Positions 53,638-64,000 of a stretch of 64,000 nt of DNA are shown one piece after another. Source of the DNA: an uncultured Pseudomonadota bacterium (GTDB taxonomy: Bacteria > Vulcanimicrobiota > Vulcanimicrobiia > Eremiobacterales > Eremiobacteraceae); the NCBI GenBank assembly GCA_963736005.1, contig CAVTNB010000002.1, forward strand, positions 128,001 through 192,000, given 5' to 3'. The notes beneath the pieces were generated by a model that saw only the letters and a list, made by a program, of their open reading frames with translations, ran no database searches and was not told the origin of the DNA. Both the position numbers and the translations under genes were made by a program. Each line of letters opens with the position of its first letter. Position 1 is the first letter of the stretch.

Positions 53638-55042
53638 CGCCCTGCGCTTTGGTCATCAACCTCAAGAGAGTCTGCGCCGAGGTCCTAGCGTTAAAGGCGT
53701 CGCTAACTCTTTGTGCGGCTCGCTGACCCATTGCCTTACGGCGTGACGGATTCGCTGCCAGGGTGATGATCGCTTCACTCAGCTCCGTTGGATTGCGTTG
53801 ACCTACGAGAATCCCCGATCCAGGATCGATGAGTTCAGCGATGGCTCCTGTACGTGTCGCAACACATGGGATGCCTAACGCCATTGCCTCAATGAGGGAC
53901 ACCGGGATGCCCTCGAATTCATTGCCAAGTTCTACGCTTGCAAGGACCGCTGCGTCATAGACTCCGGATTGCAATTGCTGCAGTAAGATTTTGTGGTTAA
54001 TCATACCCGGCATCGAGACCGTATTCTCGAGTCGTAATTGCTTGATGCGCCGCATCAATGTTCTCTGAAGTGGTCCTTTCCCAGCAAGAACACAAGTGCA
54101 TTTGACACCGGCTTCGGCAACCTTGTGCAACGCCTCGAGGAGATAGGTATGTCCTTTAACAGGAATGAGATATGCCGGACAAATCAGATGAATGTGACCA
54201 GGCAATGAATTGCGATCGAGTCTGGCCTCAACAGGCACCGCGACACCTAAGTGTAGTACCTGAACGTGCTCCCGAGATGGACCGACTACCCTACGAAGAA
54301 TCCCCTGTTGCCCCAGTCGAGAGACAGCCCGCCCAAAGGTGGCAGATTCCGTTTTTTCGGCAATAAGGTTGTCTTCCATAAAGATATCCCAACTGTGCGC
54401 ACTGTAACTCCAATCCACACCTGTAACTTGCGATGCAATAAAACCGACCGTTGCCGAAGTGGAAAGCCAATACGCGTGTATATGTTGTATACCGCTCGCC
54501 GCCACCACATCTGCAACCGCAAGGCCCGTTGGGAACACCACAAGGTTCTTTACCTTGGTTTTCAGGCTATTCCGTGATCGAAGAATGGACAGCAGCGCCC
54601 CGCAGGCGCCTCGTACGTTGCGAAGCAGTCCGTAACATGCCCTGTAAAGCGTCCTTGGTGCAAAAGGTAGGAATCTCACAACATTGATGCGGAGGTCGCG
54701 ATGAGTGTTCTGAATGCTCCTCGGTGCCGACGGAAAAACTGTGATTTTACAACCCAGTTGCGAGAGCGCAACGAGCTCTGCATGCAGAAACTCCTCGCCC
54801 CAACCAAACGGGAAGGTCGAGGTGATGATACCAATCGAGACTTCTCTAACGGTGCTATCTGGTGTCGCTCGTGTTTGAATGTTTTGCAGTGCTAATCCGG
54901 GAATGTTGTCTCCAAACATGAGTGAAGTTGAGCTTGGAGGCACCCACCGAAATAGCCTTGGGACGCCTTTCCCAACCATGAGGGCGACCGTATCGTGCGG
55001 TCTAGCCACGGAGCGTCTGAGCGCCGCCAAATGCCGCATCAA
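53624..55042 (-). CDS. Glycosyltransferase family 4 (WcaL-like); true start probably further in
   Basis: FPFG.GE.F, HIHAYW, HSWDI, KGH..L, EGIPVSLIEAMA.G.P. Confidence 0.85.
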   Translation of the reverse strand: MMRHLAALRRSVARPHDTVALMVGKGVPRLFRWVPPSSTSLMFGDNIPGLALQNIQTRATPDSTVREVSIGIITSTFPFGWGEEFLHAELVALSQLGCKITVFPSAPRSIQNTHRDLRINVVRFLPFAPRTLYRACYGLLRNVRGACGALLSILRSRNSLKTKVKNLVVFPTGLAVADVVAASGIQHIHAYWLSTSATVGFIASQVTGVDWSYSAHSWDIFMEDNLIAEKTESATFGRAVSRLGQQGILRRVVGPSREHVQVLHLGVAVPVEARLDRNSLPGHIHLICPAYLIPVKGHTYLLEALHKVAEAGVKCTCVLAGKGPLQRTLMRRIKQLRLENTVSMPGMINHKILLQQLQSGVYDAAVLASVELGNEFEGIPVSLIEAMALGIPCVATRTGAIAELIDPGSGILVGQRNPTELSEAIITLAANPSRRKAMGQRAAQRVSDAFNARTSAQTLLRLMTKAQGVIES

Positions 55043-55060
55043 ACCTAAGACCTGGCAGTA

Positions 55061-56398
55061 TTGAGCAGAAGTGGTTTTTCTCCGGGGGGCAGCAAGGCAA
55101 AAAGGGTCCTCTTACTGGCCTTTTTTTTCCCGCCTCGCGTAACCACGGGCAGCTTGCGCGCGACCTACCTCGCGAAGTATTTGCCTGGATTCGACTGGCG
55201 CGTTACTGTCGTTACCGCCAAGACCAAAACTGGCGCTCCCCCCGAGTGGGCGGAGGTTATAGAGACAAACTATGAAGATATTGTCCAGCGAGTCAAGAGG
55301 TATGTTGGCATACGTCCGGAGGTTTCTGCCAACTCACTGGGGTCGACGTCCAAAATGGGTTCAAGAATGACCATCAAACAGCGTTTTGTCGAGCAAGCTT
55401 ACCGCCTCTTGACCTTTCCCGATCCATACGCGGGCTGGCTTAAACCGGGACTTCAGGCCGTAAGGCAGCTCTTGGCGTCGGAGAAATACGACGCTCTTTT
55501 AAGTACCTCATACCCATATACTGCCCATCTAATTGCGAGTCGAGCACTTGCCAAAAGAGCGATCCCATGGGTCGCTGATCTTCGTGATGCTTGGCGGGGT
55601 AATCATTATGAAATCTCGCCCATCAGTTCATTACTCAATAGCCTTCTGGAACGAAAGACGCTAAAGAGATCAACCGCCATCACCACAGTCTCCACACCTC
55701 TCGCTCAACTAATACACGCCAATAATCCCGCCATTCCCACAATCGCAATTCCAAACGCTTTTGATCCTGAGGAGTGGCGTGATGTGCCGTACACAAGACC
55801 ATCTAAGTTTACATTAACGTACGCCGGTTCACTGTTGCAAGGCTTTCGTGATCCTGAGCCTCTCCTCGATGCGTTGATAGACGAGTTCCAAGCCTCTGGG
55901 ATTGAGCGCGAGCGCGTTGAGATAGTTCTTTACGTGCGACGAGAGAAATGGCTTGAGGAAGCAATCATTAGGCGGGGGCTAGGCGACGTTGTCACATTAA
56001 AAGGATATGTAGACCGCGCTGAAGTCCTGAAAGCGGAACGAGCAACTTCTGTGAATGTACTGTTACTGCGAGATCATCCTGACGAGAGCGGGGTCTATAC
56101 TGGCAAACTTTTCGAATACCTTGGCGCTGGGCTCCCTATTATTGCCATCGGCGGGCCGGAACAATCCGTTGTGCGCGACCTATTGGACCGTGTCGGTGGT
56201 TCCTACGTACGGACGCTGCCAGAGATTCGCATGGCGCTGAGAAAGCTTTATCTCTTATGGGATGGCGGCGCTGATTTGAAGTTAGACGGCACGCTCACTA
56301 AAGAATTCTCGGCAGTTAGAATGGCTAGACGTTTTGCTGACGTGCTCGAAGCTGCCATATCGAAGCAATCAGTTACCACCGATCAGCTTTCGGTCTGA
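55061..56398 (+). CDS. Glycosyltransferase family 4
   Basis: FFPP, PD...GW, WVADLRD.W, PNAFD, YAGS, GKLFEYL. Confidence 0.85.
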   Translation: MSRSGFSPGGSKAKRVLLLAFFFPPRVTTGSLRATYLAKYLPGFDWRVTVVTAKTKTGAPPEWAEVIETNYEDIVQRVKRYVGIRPEVSANSLGSTSKMGSRMTIKQRFVEQAYRLLTFPDPYAGWLKPGLQAVRQLLASEKYDALLSTSYPYTAHLIASRALAKRAIPWVADLRDAWRGNHYEISPISSLLNSLLERKTLKRSTAITTVSTPLAQLIHANNPAIPTIAIPNAFDPEEWRDVPYTRPSKFTLTYAGSLLQGFRDPEPLLDALIDEFQASGIERERVEIVLYVRREKWLEEAIIRRGLGDVVTLKGYVDRAEVLKAERATSVNVLLLRDHPDESGVYTGKLFEYLGAGLPIIAIGGPEQSVVRDLLDRVGGSYVRTLPEIRMALRKLYLLWDGGADLKLDGTLTKEFSAVRMARRFADVLEAAISKQSVTTDQLSV

Positions 56399-57411
56399 TG
56401 GGGTCAGTAATTAAGTCGATAGACGCTCTCGTCAGTGAAGAAATCAACGCCTTCTTAACCTTCTGTCGTAAGACGCGGGGTGCTCTCTATGTTGATTTGA
56501 ATCATGATGTCAAGAATTCAATACTTGTCGCAGGTAGCGGACGGGGCGGAACAACGTGGCTGGCCGAGATCATTAATGCCGATAACAGTTTTCGCGATAT
56601 TTTCGAGCCGTTCAACCCTAGAAGGGTGCGCTCTGTAAAAGACTTCAATTATCGCCAGTATCTACGGCCAATGGACCGCGATCCTCGTTATCTTCGGCCG
56701 GCGCATCTGGTTTTTTCGGGCAAGCTTAGAGACGACTGGACGGACCAATACAACCGGCGGTTCTTTTGCACAAGAAGGCTCGTAAAAGATATCCGTGTTA
56801 ATCTTATGCTGAAGTGGATCCACGATAATTTTCTAGAAATGCCGATTATTTTCTTGCTAAGACATCCCTGTGCCGTTGCAGTCTCTCGACTTTCTCAACG
56901 ATGGAAGAGCTCAACAGCGATCGAGGACTTTTTGTCGCAGCACACCCTTATTGAGGATCACCTAAAGCAGTTTATGCCCATTATCACCGCCACCAGATCT
57001 GATTTCGAACAACACGTGCTTGTCTGGTGCATAGAGAATTACGTACCTCTACGCACGTTACGGAAAAGTGACGCGCTTGTAGTCTTTTATGAGAACCTGT
57101 GTACGCGACCGGAAACCGAGCTTAACCGGATAGCCGAGTATTTGAAACTGGGACGGCTTGAGCTGATGATGAAGCGTATAAAAAAACCATCATCGCAGAC
57201 TAGGAAGAGAGCTAGCGCAATCGTGCTTGGCGAAGACCCGGTTTCCTCTTGGAGAAAAATGGTTGATCAGGCTATGCTTAACTCGGCGCACGACCTACTG
57301 ACCGTTTTTGGGCTCACTGGATTGTACGCGAGAGATCCTTTTCCGCTGGTTGATTCTGACGATGTCTTACGATCACCTGGTAGCAACTTCTCGCACAGCG
57401 CGCACTATTGA
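56398..57411 (+). CDS. Sulfotransferase family protein (paralog of 11879-12979)
   Basis: VAGSGRGGTTWL, LLRHPCAVAVS, FYENL. Confidence 0.85.
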   Translation: MGSVIKSIDALVSEEINAFLTFCRKTRGALYVDLNHDVKNSILVAGSGRGGTTWLAEIINADNSFRDIFEPFNPRRVRSVKDFNYRQYLRPMDRDPRYLRPAHLVFSGKLRDDWTDQYNRRFFCTRRLVKDIRVNLMLKWIHDNFLEMPIIFLLRHPCAVAVSRLSQRWKSSTAIEDFLSQHTLIEDHLKQFMPIITATRSDFEQHVLVWCIENYVPLRTLRKSDALVVFYENLCTRPETELNRIAEYLKLGRLELMMKRIKKPSSQTRKRASAIVLGEDPVSSWRKMVDQAMLNSAHDLLTVFGLTGLYARDPFPLVDSDDVLRSPGSNFSHSAHY

Positions 57412-57431
57412 GCTAAGCGGAGATTCAATGC

Positions 57432-58571
57432 TTGACTAAGGTTCTTCACGTCGTACAGACGCTCAAGGGAGGCGGGGCAGAGACACTCGTGCGCGATATG
57501 GTGCCGCGCATGAGTGCGAGAGGCTTCGATGTTGCAGTTGCGTCTTTGTACCCGTCGAAACTGGATGCCCAAGAGAAATTAGCTTTACGATGTCAGGTGC
57601 ACGAGTTGAATCGTAGGAATCGCACCGATTTTCGAGCTCCTCTTCGACTCATGCATCTGATGAGGGAGCTGAGGCCCGATATTGTTAACACCCACGTGAC
57701 CACGGGCAAGTATTGGGGAAGAGCTTGTGCCATCCTATCCGGTGTTCCGACAATTATTCACACCGAGCATAGTCCAGATCCAAAACTTGAGTTCTGGGAA
57801 TGGCCTGCGTCCTTGCTCTTGAATCCTCGTACCGACGTAATTGTTACGTTTTCCGAGCGGACCGCCACCTTCATTCGGCGCCGCGAGCACGTGCGAAGGC
57901 TCTATATTATCCCGAACGGCATTGAGATTCCCGAACCACCGAACCACATGCAGCGCGAAGAGGCGAGAGCGAACCTAACCGCTGGCGAGCTTACGATCAT
58001 CGGTGTCGTCGCAAGCCTGTATCCGTTGAAAAACCAGGCCCTAGCGCTGCGAAGCTTTGCACTGTTGCCTGAGCGTGTCAAGGGAGTCGCGAGACTTGAT
58101 TTATTTGGATCCGGGCCCCTCGAAGGGGAGCTAAGGGCTCTGGCACGCGATCTGGGAATTCAGACGCATGTGATGTTTCATGGATTTCGTTCCGACATGC
58201 GCGCGCTATTACCCGGGTTAGATATGTTCCTTTCGGTTGCCCTAGTTGAGGCGGCCCCTATCTCCTTCCTTGAGGCGATGTCCGCTAAGCTGCCCATCAT
58301 CGCCACTCCATCCATTGGGGCACTCGATATGGTTGAAGGCAACGTCACCGGACTGATCGCTAGATCGTGGGATCCTGAAGACGTCGCTCACCAACTAGAC
58401 AAGGCGCTTAGCAACCCCGAATGGGTACGACGAGCAGGCGACAACGCTAGAACTCGATTGATTCAGAATTTCAACATCGAAAGCACCGTCGATAAGTATC
58501 TGGATCTTTATAACCGCCTTCTCGCAGCTAGGCAACCTCATAGCCGAAGCTCTGGCGATACCTTCTCGTAG
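57432..58571 (+). CDS. Glycosyltransferase family 4
   Basis: GGAE, PDIV..H, TEH, IPNGI, KNQ, E..PIS.LEAM..LP. Confidence 0.9.
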   Translation: MTKVLHVVQTLKGGGAETLVRDMVPRMSARGFDVAVASLYPSKLDAQEKLALRCQVHELNRRNRTDFRAPLRLMHLMRELRPDIVNTHVTTGKYWGRACAILSGVPTIIHTEHSPDPKLEFWEWPASLLLNPRTDVIVTFSERTATFIRRREHVRRLYIIPNGIEIPEPPNHMQREEARANLTAGELTIIGVVASLYPLKNQALALRSFALLPERVKGVARLDLFGSGPLEGELRALARDLGIQTHVMFHGFRSDMRALLPGLDMFLSVALVEAAPISFLEAMSAKLPIIATPSIGALDMVEGNVTGLIARSWDPEDVAHQLDKALSNPEWVRRAGDNARTRLIQNFNIESTVDKYLDLYNRLLAARQPHSRSSGDTFS

Positions 58572-59532
58572 CACTCCTAATCTCATCCAACTGCGACGAC
58601 GACAGCGCGTCTTTCCACGAGAGGTCCAGGCGAATATTCGATGTGTCGCTTAGCCGCATGGTGTTGCCAATGATATGGTGGGATGAATGCCTGAATTGAA
58701 GGACAGGCTTTGATCCGCAGGCACCTAGGAACGTGAGAACCCGCTGGATCTCAAATTCCGGATTCGCGCAAAGATCCTCATAGCGCAAAAGTAGCCACTG
58801 GTTCGGCGGTGTGTTTCTTTTTATCCGCTCCATGTGGAGGGCTGTTGAGTTCCACCATCGTATGGCTTTCGAAAATGATTGTGGGTCGTTGCTCTTTCTC
58901 AAGTACGAGTTAACAAATGCGGGTGAGTCCCGGATCAAATGAATTACCCGAGGTTCTATGCCTGCATACCTACGAAGAAAGGGCACCCTTATCGGATCTT
59001 TTGAGGCATCCACAAACACAGAGGCACCTGCAACTGTGGCTATTGACTCGACTAGGGCTGCGTTGCGTGCTCCGATCTCCAACAGGCGTTCTCGAAAGGC
59101 AGGAATATTGCTGACAAGCTTATCGCGCACGTTATCTGCAAAATCACTTCTCAGCGATCGAACGGCTAGTCGGTTGATAAACCTGCCACCGGGTACTCGG
59201 AAAGCAGTATCCCAATGTGCGGCGCTAAAGGCGCGGCCTCTCTTGTCCATTTCCCGAGCTACTTGCCGCCAAAATTGACAAGAGCTTATTGTCGCTCCAC
59301 ATGAACATTGATAGTCACCCGGGTTCACCTTTGGAATCGACCAAGCCAATTCTCCGATGCTCACAACTCCAGGTTGAGCGTTAAGCAAAAATGACAGTAA
59401 GGTTGAGCCGCAATACGACGTCCCCGCAATGTAGCCGCATGTTGGAGTTTGGGTTTCCTTGGTTCCATTCTGCACCAGCGATGTCAACGTACTCACGCGC
59501 GAAGCTGTTCGACCGTGAGGCAAAAAGGGCAT
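58528..59532 (-). CDS. Sulfotransferase family protein; start uncertain
   Basis: YIAGTSYCGSTLL, GEL, CSCG...C.FW, VDASK, IHLIRD, LRYEDL..NP, H.I.GN.MR. Confidence 0.85.
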   Translation of the reverse strand: MPFLPHGRTASRVSTLTSLVQNGTKETQTPTCGYIAGTSYCGSTLLSFLLNAQPGVVSIGELAWSIPKVNPGDYQCSCGATISSCQFWRQVAREMDKRGRAFSAAHWDTAFRVPGGRFINRLAVRSLRSDFADNVRDKLVSNIPAFRERLLEIGARNAALVESIATVAGASVFVDASKDPIRVPFLRRYAGIEPRVIHLIRDSPAFVNSYLRKSNDPQSFSKAIRWWNSTALHMERIKRNTPPNQWLLLRYEDLCANPEFEIQRVLTFLGACGSKPVLQFRHSSHHIIGNTMRLSDTSNIRLDLSWKDALSSSQLDEIRSATRRYRQSFGYEVA

Positions 59533-59877
59533 GCGGCTTTGAGGCCTGACGGCTGGGTCCTTTCAGCCTTTGCAAGGCCGACGCCATGCCCCAACCTGCG
59601 AATCAATCCCTGTAATACGGAGCCGGACTCGGGAAGATCGCGAGGCCTCCTAACTGCGAGAACAGCCCGACAATCTGAATCCATTGGCAGTCCAGGAGTT
59701 ACCCAGCGATAGAGTGTGACATCGGGCACTTCTGACCGGCACACGGGCGTGTGGCCTGACATTTTAAACCCGAAATTTCCCGGCGTGTGAGCCGTCGCAC
59801 AGACCTAGGCATACAAACAAATATGATGGAATATGCGGTCCCTCACAGAGTGTCTCTTACAGGCATTGGAGCGTTGA

Positions 59878-61281
59878 ATGGTTAGGTTCCTGTCTTGTAT
59901 TATGATGGTCACGGCCACGTGCGCATGGATCATGGCTTCTATTTCTTTGTCGGGCTGCGGCGGCGGCAGCGTGTCAAGCACCGCCCTGCCCCCTGGGCCC
60001 ACCCCCAAGCCGACGTTAGGTGCCACCGGTCCCTACCATATCGCCATATGGGCGTACGATGACTCAAGAGGTCAGGGTGCCGGGGTCTCCGCCTCAACCG
60101 TTAACGAATTGGTAACCTATGCCCAAGGTGACGGAAAATCGTTGTCTGATTGTCACAGCGTTCCGAACGGCTGCAAAGCAGTGTTCTATTTTGACCCAAA
60201 TCATCTCTTCAACGGCACTTCGTGCACATTTCACCCCGATGCGGATGCGCTTGCCGCAGCCTCAGAGAGTTGGTTTGTCCACGATACTGGGTATGCTGAT
60301 GCAAACCATCGTGTTTATGGTGTGCGTCAAAGCGGATGTTACATCTGGGAGATGAATCCAAACTCCCCTAACTCGCAGGCTTGGTGGCGCTCCTATCTAC
60401 AACGAGTTGCGAATGACTACGACCTGTACGTGCTTGATGATGATCCGATGGATGTGACCGATTCGGGCTACTTCAGTCACAGTGGCGGCGGTTGTTCGCC
60501 ATGGCCCTCGTTTTGCTACTCCACGCAAGAGATACCAAACAACTCGGCGGAAGTAGCTGCGCGGGCAAACTTCGTCAACTCCATGAATTACGCCAACGGA
60601 ACCCCCATGCACTTTTTCTTCCAACAAGCTTCTTTTGCGTACCCGCTTGACTTAGGCGCGTTCACCGCTAGTAATCGACTTGTCGGTATCACGTGCGAAG
60701 GCTGCATCGCAACAACGCTTATACCTGTGCGACCGACCATGTACAAACCGGTTCTGAACGAAATGGCACTTGTTAATGCAAGTCCTGGATCGTATCTGCT
60801 GATTTCACGGGGAAGCTTCCCCACTGGGAGCGCAACCCAAATCCTCCAGCGGCTTGTTACTATTGGTATTGTCTGGCTTGCGTATAGCGAAGGTCATACG
60901 GTCGTGCAGCCCGATCTCGAATTCAACAACGCTAGCGACAATCTGGCGGTATGGCCCGAAGACTTGATTTATCCGTCCCAGCCGGTGGAGAGTATGGTCG
61001 TCGGTGTGAAGGATTTGCAGGTAGCGTCGGGTGTTTGGCGGAGAGAATTCGCTACGTGCTACCAGCGTGGCGTCCCATTTGGGCCATGCGCCGCAATTAT
61101 CAACTCGACTGCCTCCACGGTGATAGTTGAATCATCGTGGTTACAACAGACGTATCGACACGTCATTACTCTAGTTGGAGGCGATGCTCTCTCAGGGGGC
61201 AGTGCTAACATTGTTGGTACATCCTTTGTAGCAAATTCGACCTCAGTACAGCCAGGCGGCGCTATCCTCCTAGCTCCCTAG
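59878..61281 (+). CDS. Lipoprotein with uncharacterised glycoside-hydrolase-like domain
   Basis: Lipobox LSGC; homologous along its length to 36691-37975 and 63281-64000. Confidence 0.85.
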   Translation: MVRFLSCIMMVTATCAWIMASISLSGCGGGSVSSTALPPGPTPKPTLGATGPYHIAIWAYDDSRGQGAGVSASTVNELVTYAQGDGKSLSDCHSVPNGCKAVFYFDPNHLFNGTSCTFHPDADALAAASESWFVHDTGYADANHRVYGVRQSGCYIWEMNPNSPNSQAWWRSYLQRVANDYDLYVLDDDPMDVTDSGYFSHSGGGCSPWPSFCYSTQEIPNNSAEVAARANFVNSMNYANGTPMHFFFQQASFAYPLDLGAFTASNRLVGITCEGCIATTLIPVRPTMYKPVLNEMALVNASPGSYLLISRGSFPTGSATQILQRLVTIGIVWLAYSEGHTVVQPDLEFNNASDNLAVWPEDLIYPSQPVESMVVGVKDLQVASGVWRREFATCYQRGVPFGPCAAIINSTASTVIVESSWLQQTYRHVITLVGGDALSGGSANIVGTSFVANSTSVQPGGAILLAP

Positions 61282-61496
61282 GATAATAGTGGGCCCCTCA
61301 CAGTGATTATTTTGAAGGGTACTGGAATTGGTAGGCGTACCGGCCCCTGAATGGACCGAGGCCGGCCGCTCTAGATGTGCACGGAAAAGTACCAACGTCT
61401 GTCCTATTGTCAAAATGTAGCCCCACATGGTAACCTAGGTCACAGTGAATCGGTACACCTCAACCCCTCCGATGTGACTTACAGTGAGGGGCAATT

Positions 61497-62717
61497 ATGC
61501 GTGTGCCGGCTAGGATCGAACAGGTGTCCCTCTGGGGAAGAATCATCGTTCTTGGCTGCGCGATCGTCCTCATCACGACTTATGCGTGCAGTAACGGAAC
61601 CCAACCCATCGTGGCTCCTAGGCAGAATAACCACCACCACCCGTGGGTTTGGCCGTTCGAGGCTGTTGGAGCCCCCGATGAAGAGGCACACGGCGCTGGT
61701 GACGACCTAAGCCAGGCAACCGTCGCTTGTTATGCCCACGAGCGTTGGGCAATTAAAACACTTGCCGATGCAGCCGCACCGCAAGTCAACTTCACGCCAG
61801 TTCCCACAACGATCGCGGCCTTACGCGCAGTGCCGAAACCAACCCCCTGGCCAATACCGTATGAATATCCGACGCGCATCGCGCCGTTTGAATTCACCAC
61901 GTGGCAGCTCACTAGCGTCCTCTTAGTGGAAATCTACCCACCCGGAAAAGACCAAGACTACCACATGGTCTTGCAAGACGGCAGTGGGAATCAGATGATC
62001 GCCGAGGTTCCCCTATTATCTTGCGCACCTGGCACAATTGCCGGCGCGCAATTCAGTCCCATATATAACTACATCACCAACACCTACAATTTTGGCTCGC
62101 CGCCAATGCCGGTATTCCCAAACATCGTCGTCAGCATCACAGGTGTCGGCTTCTTCGATCCCGACTATACTGGCCATGCGCCGGCCGGACAAGAGTTGCA
62201 TCCAGTGTTGTCACTCATTATAGGCTCACCATCGCCGACGCCTACGCCGTCAGTGGCGCCAACACCGTCACCAAGCCCATCAACCTCGCCGACGGCTACG
62301 CCCACGCCCTCACCGAGTCCATCAAGCTCTCCGACTGCGACGCCCACCCCGTCTCCGACCCCGACGCCTAGCATAACACCATCGCCTACACCCACGCCCT
62401 CGTTGACGCCAACTCCGTCACCCACTCCATCGCTTACCCCAACGCCAACCCCATCGCCTACACCAACCCCATCGGGGATCGTTCTCGGCGGCACGGTAAC
62501 CGGAATCATTTCATCCTCTGAGTTTAATTACCAGACAGGATCTCCGCATGGTCATGTTGTTGTTGTGTACTCCGAATCAATGGTCGTGCCGAGCGGCGCA
62601 AAAATTAAGGTGGGTCAGACCGTCTCCGTAACCGGGAGTTTCAACAGTCAGGAACAACTTGTGGCAACAAGCGTGACGATTGAGTCATCGCCATCCCCAA
62701 CTCCCTCGCCAACATAG
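61497..62717 (+). CDS. Lipoprotein: OB-fold-like module, PT/PS linker, small beta (DUF5666-like) domain
   Basis: TYAC lipobox-like; ERW.IK...DQDYH...G.GFFD...ELHP module shared with 33121-35799. Confidence 0.8.
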   Translation: MRVPARIEQVSLWGRIIVLGCAIVLITTYACSNGTQPIVAPRQNNHHHPWVWPFEAVGAPDEEAHGAGDDLSQATVACYAHERWAIKTLADAAAPQVNFTPVPTTIAALRAVPKPTPWPIPYEYPTRIAPFEFTTWQLTSVLLVEIYPPGKDQDYHMVLQDGSGNQMIAEVPLLSCAPGTIAGAQFSPIYNYITNTYNFGSPPMPVFPNIVVSITGVGFFDPDYTGHAPAGQELHPVLSLIIGSPSPTPTPSVAPTPSPSPSTSPTATPTPSPSPSSSPTATPTPSPTPTPSITPSPTPTPSLTPTPSPTPSLTPTPTPSPTPTPSGIVLGGTVTGIISSSEFNYQTGSPHGHVVVVYSESMVVPSGAKIKVGQTVSVTGSFNSQEQLVATSVTIESSPSPTPSPT

Positions 62718-63280
62718 TCTAGCGCCAAACACCGGTTATTGCACTCGCGCTTGACAGCGGTGCTCTATTAAGCCCGTTCGTAATAGTTCGTAAGACGTTG
62801 TAATGATTCAAGCCCCGATCAACCGCAACGTTCGGATTGTGGAACTTATGGGGTTAACGTGGAGATCGTCTAAGCTGTCAGAAGAGGAGGCGCACGCTCA
62901 GCTATGCGCGGAGCACACGGCCTTGTCGATGGTTGTGATGATATTTGGGTAACTTTGGAAGTCAGCCGGGGAAGCAAAGGTATTCCAACCATGCGAGCAC
63001 TTCGACTTGAAGTAGAACACGTTTCCATCTCCCAGCGCTGTAAGGCTATGCTAATTACGGCGATTTGCGAGGAGCGCCAATAGGAGATTTTCATTGGTCT
63101 AACTCTACCAGCCGATTTTGAGATTGTTCTTAAAGGGCCCTGGAGAATTAATCAGTCTTACAAGTTCCGTTATAGCAAACAATGAAAGCAAGCCACGGCA
63201 CGCCATCCGACCAGAGACCAGCTGTAAGATACCCGGCGACAGTTAACCTCTGAAACCCAGCTTTCAGGCAACCAATTAAA

Positions 63281-64000
63281 TTATTGCGAGAGCAAGAGTG
63301 CCTCGTGAGCTGGCACCTCGGTTTGGCCTGCAGTAAACGACGTTCCGTTAACCGACACAATGCCGCCTGATAGTTCATCGCCACCGGAGATACTAACGAG
63401 GTGAGCGTAGACCGCTGATAGCCAAGACCCTTGAACCACAACGCTGGAATCACTACCGTTGAGAATCGCTGCGCATCGACCGAAGAGGCCTCCCCGGAGA
63501 TAGCAGGCCCCAAATTCTCTCCGCCAGACCAGGGGGGCGACCTGCAAATCCCGTGCGGCCTCAGTCATTGTTTGCGCCGGCTCGGACGGGAAAATCATAT
63601 CCTCTGGCCAGACTGCAAGGTTGGTCGTATTGGATTCGAGGTCAGGCCACACTACAGTGTGGTCGTCTTGATAACCTAGCCAGGTCAAGGCTGTTGTGAC
63701 AAATCGCTGTTGGAGTTGTGGCGGACTACCCGCTGGAGCGTTGCCGTATGAGAGCAGAACAAAAATCCTTGATCGCTGAGCAAACTGGGCCATCGTATTT
63801 AAGATTCGCTCATAGTTGTTCGGGTGGAGTGTCATCCCGGAGGTCGCACATCCTTCGCATGATGCACCTACAAAATGGCTGCTTGCATCCAGTAACCTCA
63901 TGTCAGCTACCGGACGACCATTAAAGCTGAGACTGTTAAAGACAAAATCCATCGGAGTGCCGTTTTGGTGAGCCATCGAACTTACAAAGCTGGCTGCGGC
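63281..64000 (-). CDS. Third paralog of the GH-like domain, 5'-truncated by window edge
   Basis: [37 protein letters not shown] shared with the two other copies. Confidence 0.85.
   Translation of the reverse strand, partial: AAASFVSSMAHQNGTPMDFVFNSLSFNGRPVADMRLLDASSHFVGASCEGCATSGMTLHPNNYERILNTMAQFAQRSRIFVLLSYGNAPAGSPPQLQQRFVTTALTWLGYQDDHTVVWPDLESNTTNLAVWPEDMIFPSEPAQTMTEAARDLQVAPLVWRREFGACYLRGGLFGRCAAILNGSDSSVVVQGSWLSAVYAHLVSISGGDELSGGIVSVNGTSFTAGQTEVPAHEALLLSQ

Overview
Bacterial, GC-rich chromosomal window. The combination of Firmicute-like housekeeping gene order (scpAB, rplU-prp, trmD-rplS-lepB-rbgA-rnhB-yraN) with many Pro/Thr/Ser-linker lipoproteins is compatible with Candidatus Eremiobacterota (Vulcanimicrobiota); this is inference only. 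Bases 1-29.8 kb are mostly core genes: nfo, scpAB, the glycine cleavage operon, speD/speE, ribosomal and ribosome-biogenesis genes, two signal peptidases and a Ser/Thr kinase. That part carries about 19 GTAG-led REP-like hairpins of three classes and a more AT-rich island between the two lepB copies. Bases 29.8-64 kb are largely an accessory cell-surface region. It holds a polysaccharide cluster (priming sugar transferase, GT4s, GT2, a tandem-duplicated GT, AsnB-type amidotransferase, two sulfotransferases), a pair of uncharacterised nucleotidyltransferase-fold genes, and exported proteins built from a few shuffled modules joined by long PT/PS linkers. One of these is a ~1465-aa protein that the ORF track splits in two. 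Many genes, including essential rplS, carry single-base frameshifts, most likely sequencing or consensus errors, so gene breaks should not be read as pseudogenes without read-level checks. No rRNA, tRNA, CRISPR array, transposase or integrase was recognised.
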